DNA of 63,956 nucleotides, counting the filler, from Octopus bimaculoides (lineage: Eukaryota), in assembly GCF_001194135.2 (NCBI RefSeq). It is 6 parts of 6 records of this genome, joined end to end, with 100 filler letters (N's around TTAATTAATTAA, not from the genome) between each part and the next. Parts side by side here need not be neighbours in the genome. Positions count along the whole stretch, not along the records: positions 24,937 to 35,403 come from NC_068982.1; positions 35,504 to 42,259 come from NC_068986.1; 4 more parts are not named here. One strand, written 5' to 3'. Position numbers and translations under genes: made by a program. How positions within the stretch are numbered: the stretch's first letter is position 1; the number at the start of each line of letters is the position of its first letter. The notes beneath the pieces are model-generated. The model had not been told where the DNA came from. It worked only from the letters and a program-made list of their open reading frames with translations, and did no database searches. This document shows, piece after piece, positions 25,250 through 37,286 of this stretch.

Positions 25250-25495
25250 TGTACAAGACGTCACCAATGGTGCAGATAACACACACACGAGAGATAGATA
25301 CAAGACGTGGACAGTAACTACAGAACAAAAACGAGTGAAATACGTAAACAACGAGAAAAAGAAATGGGAAACAGGACAACTTAACACCGAGAAAGGAACC
25401 TTCATCAGTTGTCGGATGTCTCACTACTCCTCGTTTCGAGTATTCAAACGACAATATGAGTCTTCGGAGGACAGATGGTCCCATAAATTCTAAAA
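25250..25495 (-). mobile_element. Interspersed repeat, possibly a Penelope-type terminal repeat (related decayed copies near 42790-43130 and 59540-59680)
   Basis: Shared CTTCATCAGTTGTCGG..TACTCC..TCGA..AACGACAATA block with 59590-59640; a degenerate hammerhead-like C(C)GAAGA..CGAAAC lies on the minus strand. Confidence 0.45.
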
Positions 25496-26197
25496 ATAAA
25501 ATTTAGGATTTATGGCGGGTCAAAGTTGGGAAGAAAAAAATAAATACATATACGTTTGTATGTATGTATGTATGTATGTATGTATGTATGTATGTACTGT
25601 GTATATATGTATATATATAATAAAAACATCGAAGAATGGAGTTAACAAATTCTTTTTGTTACATTGCTTACAATTGTTTCGTCGGTTTGCATAAAAACTA
25701 ATCATGTGTCATGTTGTTACCATGTCGGCAATTACTGATTCATTACTATGCACCATGCAAATTTTCTTTCACAGCGTATGGCAAAATGAGCTCATCAGAA
25801 TTCTGCATACAGAATTATGCTGATTGATTTTGCAGTCTCGTAAATAAGAACCCTCATAGCATTTTGAAGTAGGCAGTTTCTAATAATCAAATTCCTTCGA
25901 GAGAAATAGTGGAAGAAAGGGAGTATAATGGCAGAAAGAATAGAAGAAAGAGTTTGTCAAGGTGATTAGCTCCGTTTTCGTGCGACAGCTCGGTTATTCA
26001 GGATAAGTTTGTATTTCACTGCGCCACCTTCTGTAAATAAATTGACTTAATGGCCGGCTTTGACAGTCAATTACTCTGAGTCCGTCAAAGTCACTACTTG
26101 TTGCTCGAACGGCAGACTTATGGGAAGATCAAAGGGCAAATATTTTTACTGAATGCGACAACCTAGATAAATTGTTCAATAATTAATCACATCCATT

Positions 26198-26247
<50 letters not shown>

Positions 26248-27519
26248 TACATACATACATATACACACGCATACACACACGCAGACGCACACATGTATAT
26301 ATATAAGTCTGTATAGAAAGAAGTTGTTCTCTCTTAGGGATATATTATTCAAGCGTACTCTGGTTTTCCGCACTGATATCGATTAACGATACTGGAAGTT
26401 TTCATGTGTCTATGTACTAGTATTTATCGTTGGTTCTTCTTCCATATTAGTACTTTATACTTTGAAATTCCAGTTGTCGCTATGGAGATTTCCATCATTT
26501 TCGATATAGGAGAAAAAAGTTTTAAAATTCAAAGAAAACAAAGGATACATACATAAATTAATCAATTTATTATCATAGTCCAGTCAAATTAATAAGTCCA
26601 TTGATATTGCCCACGCTGTACTTCGGCTGATTGTTGTCATTCATATTTGCACTTTTAAAGTGCATTATGAAGTTGAAAAATGCAAAATGCCTCCTCAGAA
26701 TACGACTGACTGAGTTTATTCCGATTGAATTGTAGCATGTGCGTCTTGGATTCTGTTCTAAAAATGACTAAAAGTTGATTTTTTGACCTTACTGGACAAG
26801 GGATAGGCATAGATCAGAAGAACTAGGTCATGTTACTATTTCACTCTTTTGGTAATGCCGATTAACTGTTCACAAGTCTGCCCCTACTTGTCACTCTATT
26901 CAGTATGTCCATAGCATATTCTTCTACGATCTCATTATTGATAAAATAAATCAAAGAATGTACCCAATTGTTACTTTTATCTATTTATTTATTTAGTTTA
27001 TACCAACATTATTATTTATTTATTTTTGTAAAATGTATGTTAGTTACTAGTAAATATAATCATTTATTCTAATACATCAGTTAAAAGGTTGGGTTCATAC
27101 ATAGATACTTGTCTATTTAATTTATAGCATAGATGCACGATTCACAGGTATTATTTGCACGATGTTTATTTGAACCATATCCATTTAGATTTATTGAATG
27201 TATATTTAAATTTATGAACACAACTGAGTCCTCTTTCTCTCATTTTTTTTTTTTTTTTCGATTAATTTGCGTTACATCAAAACACAAATTCCTTACTCTG
27301 GGCTCGGTATCTCTTTCAACTCTCGATTTCGATACGTACACAGACTTCCACACTTATCAGTCCTCTTCCTCCAGTTGCTCTCTTCATGTATAAACGATCA
27401 GTGTCTGCACGTGGATGATGACCTTCATGCATCGTTAGGAGCTTTCTTGACTTCCTCTTCATCTCCATTACCTCCTCCTATGTCCACTTCACTAGAAAAG
27501 ATTATTATTATTATTTACA

Positions 27520-27720
27520 AAATGGTGGCAAGCTGGCAGAAATGTTAGGACGCTGGACGAAATGCATCGCGGTATTTCATTTGCTTTTACATTCTGAGTT
27601 CAAATTCTGTTATGGTTGACTTTGCCTTTCATTCTTTCAGGGCCAATAAGTACCAGTCAAGAATTCGGGCCAATGTAATCGACAGCCCCTCCCTTAAACT
27701 TGCTGGCCTTGAGCCAAAAT
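27520..27720 (+). mobile_element. Older family A SINE ending in (TAT)n tail
   Basis: GGTGGCAAGCTGGCAGAAATGTTAG..TTCTGAGTTCAAATT..GCCTTTCATTCTTTC..GGCCTTGAGCCAAAATTATTATT. Confidence 0.88.
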
Positions 27721-27749
27721 TATTATTATCATTATTATTATTTATTATT

Positions 27750-28830
27750 ATTTTTTTTTAGTAGTCTTATCTTTATCACGTGCTTTCACTGCACTACCGA
27801 GCGCAGCTCGGTGTGCCTTGGATATGTGCTGTCGTTTGTTGTGATATTCTTATTGTTACTTTGTTGTTGTTATTGCTTTACTTCTCAGAACGTTCGGTCT
27901 TGTTTGCTCTGGTAGATTCTGTGAGAGCAGACAGCAGCCTGCTGTCAGAGATCTCACAAGGTCTCTTTATACACATTATAAGCTTTGATACTTGGTTGTT
28001 AATTATCGTGGGAGACATTCAACATCCAAGTACCAATCTCAAAATCCTAGCTGTCCCCATCAGAGCAGTTTTTTGGGGCTTTTTCTGCCCTCATGTCAAT
28101 TCCGATTTCTTTGCCATATTTCTCCAACTTGGTTTCTAGTGCTATGAGTGTCCCTAAAACTACTGGAATGACAGACACTCTCCTGATACTCCACACTCGT
28201 GCGATTTCCTCTTTTAGTAGTCTTTACTTTTCGATCTTTTCTAGTCCTTTGTCACTTATGTGTGCATCTCCAGGTATTGCGATATCTATAATTTTGGATT
28301 CCTTTTTTTCTTTACCTATCACAACAATTTCTGGTCTCTGAGCATCGTTTAAGGAGTCACATTGGATTGTAAAATCCTACAGTATCTTATATTCCTTATT
28401 CTCGGTGATTGCTTCTGGTTCATGTTCGTACCGTTTCTGTGCTCTGTCCAGGCCATACTTTCTACATAGCCTCCAGTGGACGAACTTAGCCACGTAATCG
28501 TGACTCCTTTTGTAGTGCTTTTAGGCCAGTTTGCTACACTCACTCACAATATGCGAGATTGTTTCATTTCCGCTGCCACACATCCTACAAAGGTGCGATT
28601 CGCTACTCTTATCTATTTGGAACTTGGTGTCATTAGTTCTCAGAGCTTGTTGCTGGGTGCTGCTTACCAATGCCTCAGTGCATCCTTTCAGATCACTTTT
28701 TCTTGACCATCTCCAAGTGTTGACCTTGTCGTTTCTTTCGATTTCTCTGGCGTTTTGCCCGTGCAGTGGTTTCATTTTCCAGTTGTTTAATCTTCCTCCT
28801 TCAATAATAAATGTGAGATTACATAGACAA
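27750..28830 (-). mobile_element. R4/Dong-like non-LTR retrotransposon 3' end (CCHC knuckle, RLE endonuclease, 3' UTR, (TAA)n tail)
   Basis: KPLHGQ..EALVSSTQQQALRTN..CRMCGSGNETISHIVSECSKLA*KHYKRSHDYVAKFVHWRLC..KIL*DFTIQCD..RPEIVVIGKEKKESKIIDIAIPGD..VIPVVLGTL..KTALMGTARILRLVL; three premature stops and one late frameshift. Confidence 0.92.
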
Positions 28831-28969
28831 TATTTTACGTAGGATATGGGCAGTTCTCACGAACACTATCTTTTGAATTTCTGCCATTTGGGGATTTCCT
28901 GGTATCTGAGCTTGGTAGCAATCAGATAATCCACGTTCATGGTGTTCCTAAGCCACAATGATGACGAAA

Positions 28970-29410
28970 TATCGATATATATACCATTCTTGATGATTCC
29001 GAAGCGAGTTGTATCGCCTTGTCTGTAACATTCTTGGAGGGCTGTAAAAAGGTGGTTCTTAAAGGGAATATTGAGGATTGCATGAACAGACTCGGTGTCT
29101 AATGGGGAAGTGATGACCTGGGCTGTGGTTACTAGGAAACTGCTTTGTGAGATAAGGGCCAGACAATTGAGATTTCTTGGTCATGTGGTGAGGAAAGAAG
29201 GCCTGGAAACTGTAGCAACGACCGGAAATATTGAAGGGAAATGAGAAAGGAGAAAGGAGAAAGATGCTATGGGTGTCAAGTTTGATGAACTGGTTGGAAG
29301 AAAGAGGCATTAAACATCAGGAAGTGGGACTTTTACAGAAAACAAAGAACAGAGAATTGCGGCAGGCCATAATCGCCTATGTTCTACACTCTGGACATGA
29401 CACCAAATGA
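28970..29410 (+). mobile_element. RTE-like LINE C-terminal remnant
   Basis: WFLKGILRIA*TDSVSNGEVM..RKLLCEIRARQLRFLGHVVRKEGLETVATTGNIEGK matches the RTE-type WFYRRMLRISWTD.V.NEEV..RQL.FLGHV.RKEGLE..TG.IEGKR tail. Confidence 0.85.
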
Positions 29411-29471
29411 CCGTTCTAAATACACCAAGAAATAGCTTTCTTGTAAGAACCGTATTGGAAGTGTATCGTAC

Positions 29472-29728
29472 CTCAAAGAAAACGATTCCCCCATCACGGG
29501 GAGTGTTCTGGACAAGTGGGTTTTGTAGAGCTCTTTGAAATGTCTTGAAAAGAAGATTACTTCTAGATCAGTTTTTGATTGCTTATCTCTTAAAATGTCC
29601 ACATTAAAAATATGTTGTGTAAATGCTTCAGTCAACTCAATGTCTGTTCGTTTCATATTGAAGGTCCATTACCATTAGACAAGGGGTCGTCTTCCTGCCA
29701 CAGAGAGGCCCGTGATAGAAACTGAGAT
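29472..29728 (-). CDS. Candidate exon containing an ATG at 29656 (unknown product)
   Basis: Acceptor CTTATTTTTTTTATCTAAGTTTCAG|A (29729) and donor TTGAG|GTACGA (29471). ATG 29656 has A at -3, in-frame stops upstream, and 61 open codons plus 2 nt to the donor (MKRTDIELTEAFTQHIFNVDILRDKQSK..GESFSL). Confidence 0.35.
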
Positions 29729-30130
29729 CTGAAACTTAGATAAAAAAAATAAGAGCCGGAGAAAATACAGTACAGCATTCCATCCGGCATTTTAACAGCT
29801 TTGCCACTCCACCGTTCTAAAGAGGTATATAATTAAGAGGAGACCCTGAAAGAATTTAAAAAAAGAGATGACCTTTGCGGAATTCGAACCCAGAACGAAG
29901 AGTACCGGAACAAATACACTGGTCACTCTGTCCGACGCTCTACAGACTCTACTAATCTCTGTTTTTTAATAAACCACAGAGGTTTCATGAAACACTACAA
30001 AATATCACGCCCGGTGCCTCACCATTTCTGCCGACCACCAACTTTTAACATCAACAAATATCAAATACTCGTCCAGGGTTGTTGTTGTTGTTTGTAATTA
30101 CTGTGCCATCTGTTTGACACCAAACACCAT

Positions 30131-30235
<105 letters not shown>

Positions 30236-31009
30236 ATCTGTGTGTTTGTGGTGTGTCTGTGTGTTGTGTGTGAATGTTATGCTTGTGCGTTTGTGCTATG
30301 TGTTATGTTTGCGTGTGTGCTATATTTGGGTGAATGTGTGTGCATCTGTTCGAGCATGTGTGTGTGTGTGTGTGTGTGTGGTATGTCAACAATGTCTCTA
30401 AACACTATGCTCTTACGTAGACAAACATCAACACCGTTATGGTATGCAGTCAATAGATCTGAAGTGACACAAACAATATAGAAGAAATCTTTGCATATTT
30501 TAGCGAAATATGGTTGACGGTGGGAGTAAAATGGCCTCCCCAGAGAGGTTTTATTTACATATCGCCACACACACCCACACATACAAACTATACACATAAA
30601 CAAATATTGAAGTCCGACACAAGCACAAGATCACGCACTTTCGGGAAGATAATCGTAGTCGGTATGAGATTAGAGAAGATTTCAAAGCCAGATTCTTCAA
30701 GACCTCGGGGGTAGACCAAGGGCAAGATGGATGGAATCCATGACCTCAGTTGGTTCAGCCGTAAAATGTAAAGGCTGTTGTTCCTGATAGGGCCATACGT
30801 AGGAGGGTGCCTAAGGGCCCTACCCCTACGGCCTTCACAAGAACAATGGGTGGCGAAAATGAACGAAGGCCAGGACAGATAATTCGAGCACCAGAACTTG
30901 ACTGGTATTTTAATTTGCCCACCCATCCACCCACCCCAGCGGTTACGTCTTGTTTATGCTTTTCCGAAAATCCACCAATCAACTGTCACATCCCTTTCTC
31001 CCTAGTATT

Positions 31010-31200
31010 CTTTTATTCTTTTACTTGTTTCAGTCACTTCACTGCGGTCATGCTGGAGCCCGCCTTTAGTCGAAGAAATCGACCCCAGGACTTATTCTAT
31101 CGATCGCTATTGCCGAATTGTTAAGTTTCGGGAACGTAAACACACCAACATCGGTTGTCAAGCAATGGCGGGGGAACAAACACAGACAAAGGCACACACA
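31010..31200 (-). mobile_element. Family B SINE, 3' half
   Basis: TTCTTTTACTTGTTTCAGTCA..GCGGTCATGCTGGAGC..GGAACGTAAACACACCAACATCGGTTGTCAAGC. Confidence 0.88.
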
Positions 31201-31659
31201 AATATACGTACATACATATACATACATATATATAGAGAGAGTTCCAAACTCACACACANNNNNNNNNNNNNNNNNNNNNNNNNNNNNNNNNNNNNNNNNN
31301 NNNNNNNNNNNNNNNNNNNNNNNNNNNNNNNNNNNNNNNNNNNNNNNNNNNNNNNNNNNNNNNNNNNNNNNNNNNNNNNNNNNNNNNNNNNNNNNNNNNN
31401 NNNNNNNNNNNNNNNNNNNNNNNNNNNNNNNNNNNNNNNNNNNNNNNNNNNNNNNNNNNNNNNNNNNNNNNNNNNNNNNNNNNNNNNNNNNNNNNNNNNN
31501 NNNNNNNNNNNNNNNNNNNNNNNNNNNNNNNNNNNNNNNNNNNNNNNNNNNNNNNNNNNNNNNNNNNNNNNNNNNNNNNNNNNNNNNNNNNNNNNNNNNN
31601 NNNNNNNNNNNNNNNNNNNNNNNNNNNNNNNNNNNNNNNNNNNNNNNNNNNNNNNNNNN

Positions 31660-32512
31660 GCAGTGAATAAAATGTCATCTAAATTACGCAAAAATGAAAA
31701 TAGCACTGACATCTCCTTTTTAACAGATATATTTACCAAAATTACATAAAAATATCTTGAAATGCTAAAGAGTAAATTTCTTCAATAAAATCGCCATTGG
31801 CTTCAGCCACCGCCTCCAGAGGAGTTCGGAATCTCTTCTGGACAGTCTTCTTGTTTAAGTTGATGAGTGATGCCATATTCCTTGCCGTCAGTTCATCTTT
31901 GGTGTTACAAGGAGTTTTGTTGGTCCCTCGTTCAACTGCGCCCCACACAAAATAATCAAGGGGGTTGCAGTATGGGGCGTTAGGTGGACAGATGTTAGGG
32001 GTAGTGTAGTCACAGAAATTATCTGACAGCCATGACTGGGTTCTCCTGCTTGTGTGGCATGGCGCAGAGTCCTGTTCCTAGACATAGGGTCTTCCAGCAG
32101 CCATCCTTTTGATCCAAGGCAGCACTGCCTACTCCAGGCACTTGATGTAGGCCTCTGTGTTGAGTGTGAGGCCGTGTGGGAAGATGAATGGAGGCATAAC
32201 GTCGCCATTACTAGTGACCACTCCAAACACCATGATTGGATGTTTGATTTTTATCACTCTCGGTACATGTCTTCAGATTGCACTCTCCCCAGAGAGTGCA
32301 ATCGGAAATGTTCGTTTTAGAGCTTCCGGGGCAAATGCCAAGCAGTACAGCATGTTGTTTCTGGCAGAGTGGATTGCATCATGGTGCTGTTTTTCTCACA
32401 AATGGTACTCAAATGACCTTACTATATTGTGTAGTCGACAAAATCAAAAACAAACAATGCGCATGCGCGAAATCGAAAATATAAAATGTGACAATTTACT
32501 CATCGCACCTTG
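31660..32512 (-). mobile_element. Internally deleted Tc1/mariner element, DD37D (maT-like) transposase remnant with TIRs
   Basis: MVFGVVTSNGDVMPPFIFPHGLTLNTEAYIKCLE*AVLPW..QDSAPCHTSRRTQSWLSDNFCDYTTPNICPPNAPYCNPLDYFVWGAVER..LEAVAEANGDFIE; 37 residues lie between the second and third D. TIR GCAGTGAATAAAATGTCA (31660-31677) matches the reverse complement of 32489-32506 at 14/18. Confidence 0.9.
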
Positions 32513-32530
32513 TTTATGTACGTGTTTATG

Positions 32531-32570
<40 letters not shown>

Positions 32571-32609
32571 CACATATAGACATGCACATATGTGCGTGTG
32601 TCCGCGTGT

Positions 32610-32760
32610 TTGTGTCTGTGTTTGTCTCACACCACCGATTGACAACCGGTGTTGGTGTGTTTACGTTCCCGTAACTTAGCGGTTCGGCAAAAGAAACCGA
32701 TAGCATAAGTGCTAGGCTTTAAAAGAAGTACAGTGGTCGATTCATTCGACTAAAAACCGT
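32610..32760 (+). mobile_element. Family B SINE, 3' half
   Basis: TTGACAACCGGTGTTGGTGTGTTTACGTTCCCGTAACTTAGCGGTTCGGCAAAAG. Confidence 0.88.
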
Positions 32761-33034
32761 TAGGGGTCAGGGCTCACTAGGTCTGTCGCAGTGGTCACCG
32801 AGGTATGAGAGACTTTCGAGGTTTTGGAGATGGTCATAATTAATGGCCGCCTGCGATCATCTTTGAGACGTTCCAGGTGTGACTGGACGATGGCTGACCT
32901 GGTCAGAACAGAATGGAAGATAAGATACTGTAGCGAGGTTTGAATGGTCGGGATATGGACTGAGTTCTTGTTCTTTCGCCGATTTCGAAGATGACCAAGT
33001 TTCACCGAAAAGGAGGGGAAAAAAGAAGATGAAA

Positions 33035-33035
<1 letters not shown>

Positions 33036-33097
<62 letters not shown>

Positions 33098-33496
33098 GAT
33101 GAGGAGGGGAAGAGAGGGGAGAGAAAAGAGTAGATGTAAAAGAAGAAAAGATACATGATAGTAATTATTACTCTTGACATAGTTGTTATGGTGGTGGTGG
33201 TGGTGGTGACGGCGGCGGCGGCGGTGGTGGTTGTTAAAGTGGCACAGTGATACGATGATGACGACAGCGATAATGATGAGGTAGAAGATTAGGATGAGTC
33301 ATCATTTAACACCACCATCATCATCATCTACAACATTATTCTCACTACCACCACCACCGCCGGTCCGTCTTCCTCCTCCTCCTCCTCCTCATCATCATCA
33401 TCAACCTCATCATCATCATCGTCATCTTTATCAACACTAATATCCTCGTCAACATCATAACCACTACCACCACCACCATCCACACTATCATAATCG

Positions 33497-33528
<32 letters not shown>

Positions 33529-33535
33529 GTCATCC
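33036..33535. repeat. (TAG)n followed by a (GGT)/(GAT)/(CAT)/(CCT) trinucleotide mosaic
   Basis: Seen directly. Confidence 0.93.
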
Positions 33536-34044
33536 TAGATTTTACCCATTGTTCAAAGGTATCGTTTTGTCACACACTGTGTCATTCCCGAAGATTTCAG
33601 ATTAAATACATACCTGCGGAATACTCAGACAACTGCATTATAATTCCCTTATAGTTCTGTTCATCGGACAATTGAAAGACGCTTCATCAAAACCGGTATA
33701 GATCCCAACAGATATACATAAACACATTGATAAGTGCTAACGCACGAAACTCTGGTCGCTTGAGTCACTCTGCTGCAGCTGCTGAACACTAATAAAGAAT
33801 ATACACTTACCCACACTTGTATTTCTCCTGTTCGCAGCGCCAGTACGCACACACACACACACACATACAGATGCACACGCACACATATATATACAACACA
33901 CATGCACATAAACACAAGCACATGCACACACACACATGCGCACATACACATATGCAACCACAGACACACACGCATACACACGCACAAATAACACACACAC
34001 AAACACATTAACACACACATGCACACATACGCACGCATATGTCT

Positions 34045-34287
34045 TTTATCTTTTACTTGTTTCAGTCATTGGACGGCGGTCATGCTGGGGCAACGCCCTG
34101 AGGGGTTTGATCGAACAAATGGACCCCAGTACTTACTCCCTTGGTTTCTTTCGCTAAGTTAAGGAAATGTAAACAAACTAACACCGGTTATCAAACAGCG
34201 TGGTGACAAACATAAACACAAAGATTATACATATATATATATATATATATACTCAGTGGGCTTCCACGCAGTTTCCATGTACCAAAT
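34045..34287 (-). mobile_element. Family B SINE running into a gap
   Basis: CTTTTACTTGTTTCAGTCATTGGA..CATGCTGGGGCA..GGGCTTCCACGCAGTTTCC..TACCAAAT. Confidence 0.85.
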
Positions 34288-34549
34288 NNNNNNNNNNNNN
34301 NNNNNNNNNNNNNNNNNNNNNNNNNNNNNNNNNNNNNNNNNNNNNNNNNNNNNNNNNNNNNNNNNNNNNNNNNNNNNNNNNNNNNNNNNNNNNNNNNNNN
34401 NNNNNNNNNNNNNNNNNNNNNNNNNNNNNNNNNNNNNNNNNNNNNNNNNNNNNNNNNNNNNNNNNNNNNNNNNNNNNNNNNNNNNNNNNNNNNNNNNNNN
34501 NNNNNNNNNNNNNNNNNNNNNNNNNNNNNNNNNNNNNNNNNNNNNNNNN

Positions 34550-34587
<38 letters not shown>

Positions 34588-34589
<2 letters not shown>

Positions 34590-34935
34590 TCGTGACACTC
34601 CGTCGGTTACGACGACGAGGGTTCCAGTTGATCCAATCATCGGAACAGCACTCCACAGACATGTGTTCCCTTAATGTAGTTCTCGGGGAGATTCAGCATG
34701 ACAGAGAGTGTGACCAGGCTGACCCTCTGAAATACAGGTACAACAGAAACAGGAAGAAAGAGTGAGAGAAACGTTGGTGAAAGAGTACAGAAGAGTTCGC
34801 CACCACCTCCTGCAGGAGCCTCGTGGAGTTTTAGGTGTTTTTGCTCATTAAACACTCACAATGCCCGGTCTGGGAATCGAATCCGCGATCGTACGACCGT
34901 GAGTCTGCTGCCCTAACCACTGGGCCATCACGCAT
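34588..34935 (-). mobile_element. tRNA-derived SINE, family C
   Basis: Minus-strand head GATGGCCCAGTGGTTAGGGCAGCAGACTCACGGTCGTACGATCGCGGATTCGATTCCCAGACCGGGC is tRNA-like with A and B boxes; second copy at 41893-42259. Confidence 0.9.
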
Positions 34936-34940
34936 CCGCA

Positions 34941-35038
<98 letters not shown>

Positions 35039-35125
35039 CACACACATATATATATACACACACATATATGTGTATACATATATACTTATATATATTTGTA
35101 TGTTTATATAAAAAATATATATTCA

Positions 35126-35162
<37 letters not shown>

Positions 35163-35503
35163 ATAAGCATGCACACCTACCAACCTACCTGCCTACCAAC
35201 CTACCTACCTACCTACATACATACATACATACATACATACATGCATACACTATTTTCCATTGCTTTCTGTTCTGTGCACGAGTTGACCTCGTTTGGTGCA
35301 GGGAAGCACCAAACCATTATGTACCTCACCTCACTCCCCCCCCCAATTCTTACCACAATATTTTCGTAATCTACCTGCATAACACACCTTCTCTCTGTTC
35401 TCANNNNNNNNNNNNNNNNNNNNNNNNNNNNNNNNNNNNNNNNNNNNTTAATTAATTAANNNNNNNNNNNNNNNNNNNNNNNNNNNNNNNNNNNNNNNNN
35501 NNN

Positions 35504-37238
35504 GGTCCCCCGATCCTTTATCTGGTGGTCAATGAGGAAACTAGGGATAGATGAATGGTTAGTGAGAGCTGTGCGAGCCATGTACAGGGACGCTGTCAGT
35601 AAGGTGAGGTTTGGCAACGAGTACAGTGAAGAATTCCGGGTAGAGGTAGGGGTCCACCAAGGTTCAGTCCTCAGCCCCCTCCTATTTATCATAGTCCTCC
35701 AGGCAATAACAGAGGAACTCAAGATAGGATGCCCCTGGGAGCTCCTCTATGCTGACGACCTTGCTCTAATTGCTGAGTCACTATCAGAACTAGAAAAGTT
35801 TCAGGTGTGGAAGCAAGGACTAGAATCGAAGGGCCTTAGAGTCAACCTAGCTAAAACCAAAGTCCTAATATGTAGGAAAGTAGACATACCACAAACCCCT
35901 TCAGTTAGAAAAAGCGTAGGTAGAAACTCTATAAGATGTACCCAGTGTAAGCTATGGACACATGAGAAGTGCAGCAATATCAAAGGAAGGCTAACTAGGA
36001 AAATAGTTTTTGTATGTGGCAGATGCTCAGCAGCAATAAACACTGAAAATGTGCAGAAAACAACTTCTGCCACATTCCAGGGAGAAAAACTAGACGTAGT
36101 TGATAGCTTCCGCTGTCTAGGTGACCAAGTTAGTAGTGGGGGAGGGTGCGCTGAAAGTGTAGCTGCTTGAATAAGAATAGCCTGGGCAAAGTTCAGAGAG
36201 CTCTTACCTCTGCTGGTGACAAGGGGCCTCTCACTCAGAGTAAAAGGCAGNNNNNNNNNNNNNNNNNNNNNNNNNNNNNNNNNNNNNNNNNNNNNNNNNN
36301 NNNNNNNNNNNNNNNNNNNNNNNNNNNNNNNNNNNNNNNNNNNNNNNNNNNNNNNNNNNNNNNNNNNNNNNNNNNNNNNNNNNNNNNNNNNNNNNNNNNN
36401 NNNNNNNNNNNNNNNNNNNNNNNNNNNNNNNNNNNNNNNNNNNNNNNNNNNNNNNNNNNNNNNNNNNNNNNNNNNNNNNNNNNNNNNNNNNNNNNNNNNN
36501 NNNNNNNNNNNNNNNNNNNNNNNNNNNNNNNNNNNNNNNNNNNNNNNNNNNNNNNNNNNNNNNNNNNNNNNNNNNNNNNNNNNNNNNNNNNNNNNNNNNN
36601 NNNNNNNNNNNNNNNNNNNNNNNNNNNNNNNNNNNNNNNNNNNNNNNNNNNNNNNNNNNNNNNNNNNNNNNNNNNNNNNNNNNNNNNNNNNNNNNNNNNN
36701 NNNNNNNNNNNNNNNNNNNNNNNNNNNNNNNNNNNNNNNNNNNNNNNNNNNNNNNNNNNNNNNNNNNNNNNNNNNNNNNNNNNNNNNNNNNNNNNNNNNN
36801 NNNNNNNNNNNNNNNNNNNNNNNNNNNNNNNNNNNNNNNNNNNNNNNNNNNNNNNNNNNNNNNNNNNNNNNNNNNNNNNNNNNNNNNNNNNNNNNNNNNN
36901 NNNNNNNNNNNNNNNNNNNNNNNNNNNNNNNNNNNNNNNNNNNNNNNNNNNNNNNNNNNNNNNNNNNNNNNNNNNNNNNNNNNNNNNNNNNNNNNNNNNN
37001 NNNNNNNNNNNNNNNNNNNNNNNNNNNNNNNNNNNNNGTTGCCAGTACCGCCTGACTGGCCTTCGTGCCGGTGGCACGTAAAAGCACCCACTATACTCTT
37101 GGAGTGGTTGGCGTTAGGAAGGACTTCCAGCTGTAGAAACTCTGCCAAATCAGATTGGAGCCTGGTGTAGCCATCTGATTTCACCAGTCCTCGGTCAAAT
37201 CGTCCAACCCATGCTAGCATGGAAAGCGGACGTTAAAC

Positions 37239-37284
<46 letters not shown>
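35504..37284 (+). mobile_element. Young RTE-superfamily LINE: RT domain (35504-36250), N gap, 3' UTR with (GAT)n tail
   Basis: 212-aa ORF with VGVHQGSVLSPLLF, ELLYADDL (YADD at 35748-35759) and GLRVNLAKTKV; the frame continues past one TGA (36168) as IRIAWAKFRELLPLL. After the gap come 3' UTR-like ..CATGGAAAGCGGACGTTAAAC and (GAT)n. Joining the two sides of the gap is inference. Confidence 0.92.

Positions 37285-37286
<2 letters not shown>

Noticed and set aside
15640-28830. Idea that the two R4/Dong pieces are one element
   Set aside because: On the minus strand the endonuclease piece lies upstream of the RT piece, which is the wrong order, and a linker join separates them.
30785-30950. Possible hAT MITE
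   Set aside because: Termini are too degenerate and no 8-bp TSD could be identified.
34860-34935. tRNA genes at SINE heads (also 39640-39700, 42200-42259, 3199-3290)
   Set aside because: A and B boxes are present, but the acceptor stems do not close and each head continues into a SINE body; these are not functional tRNAs.
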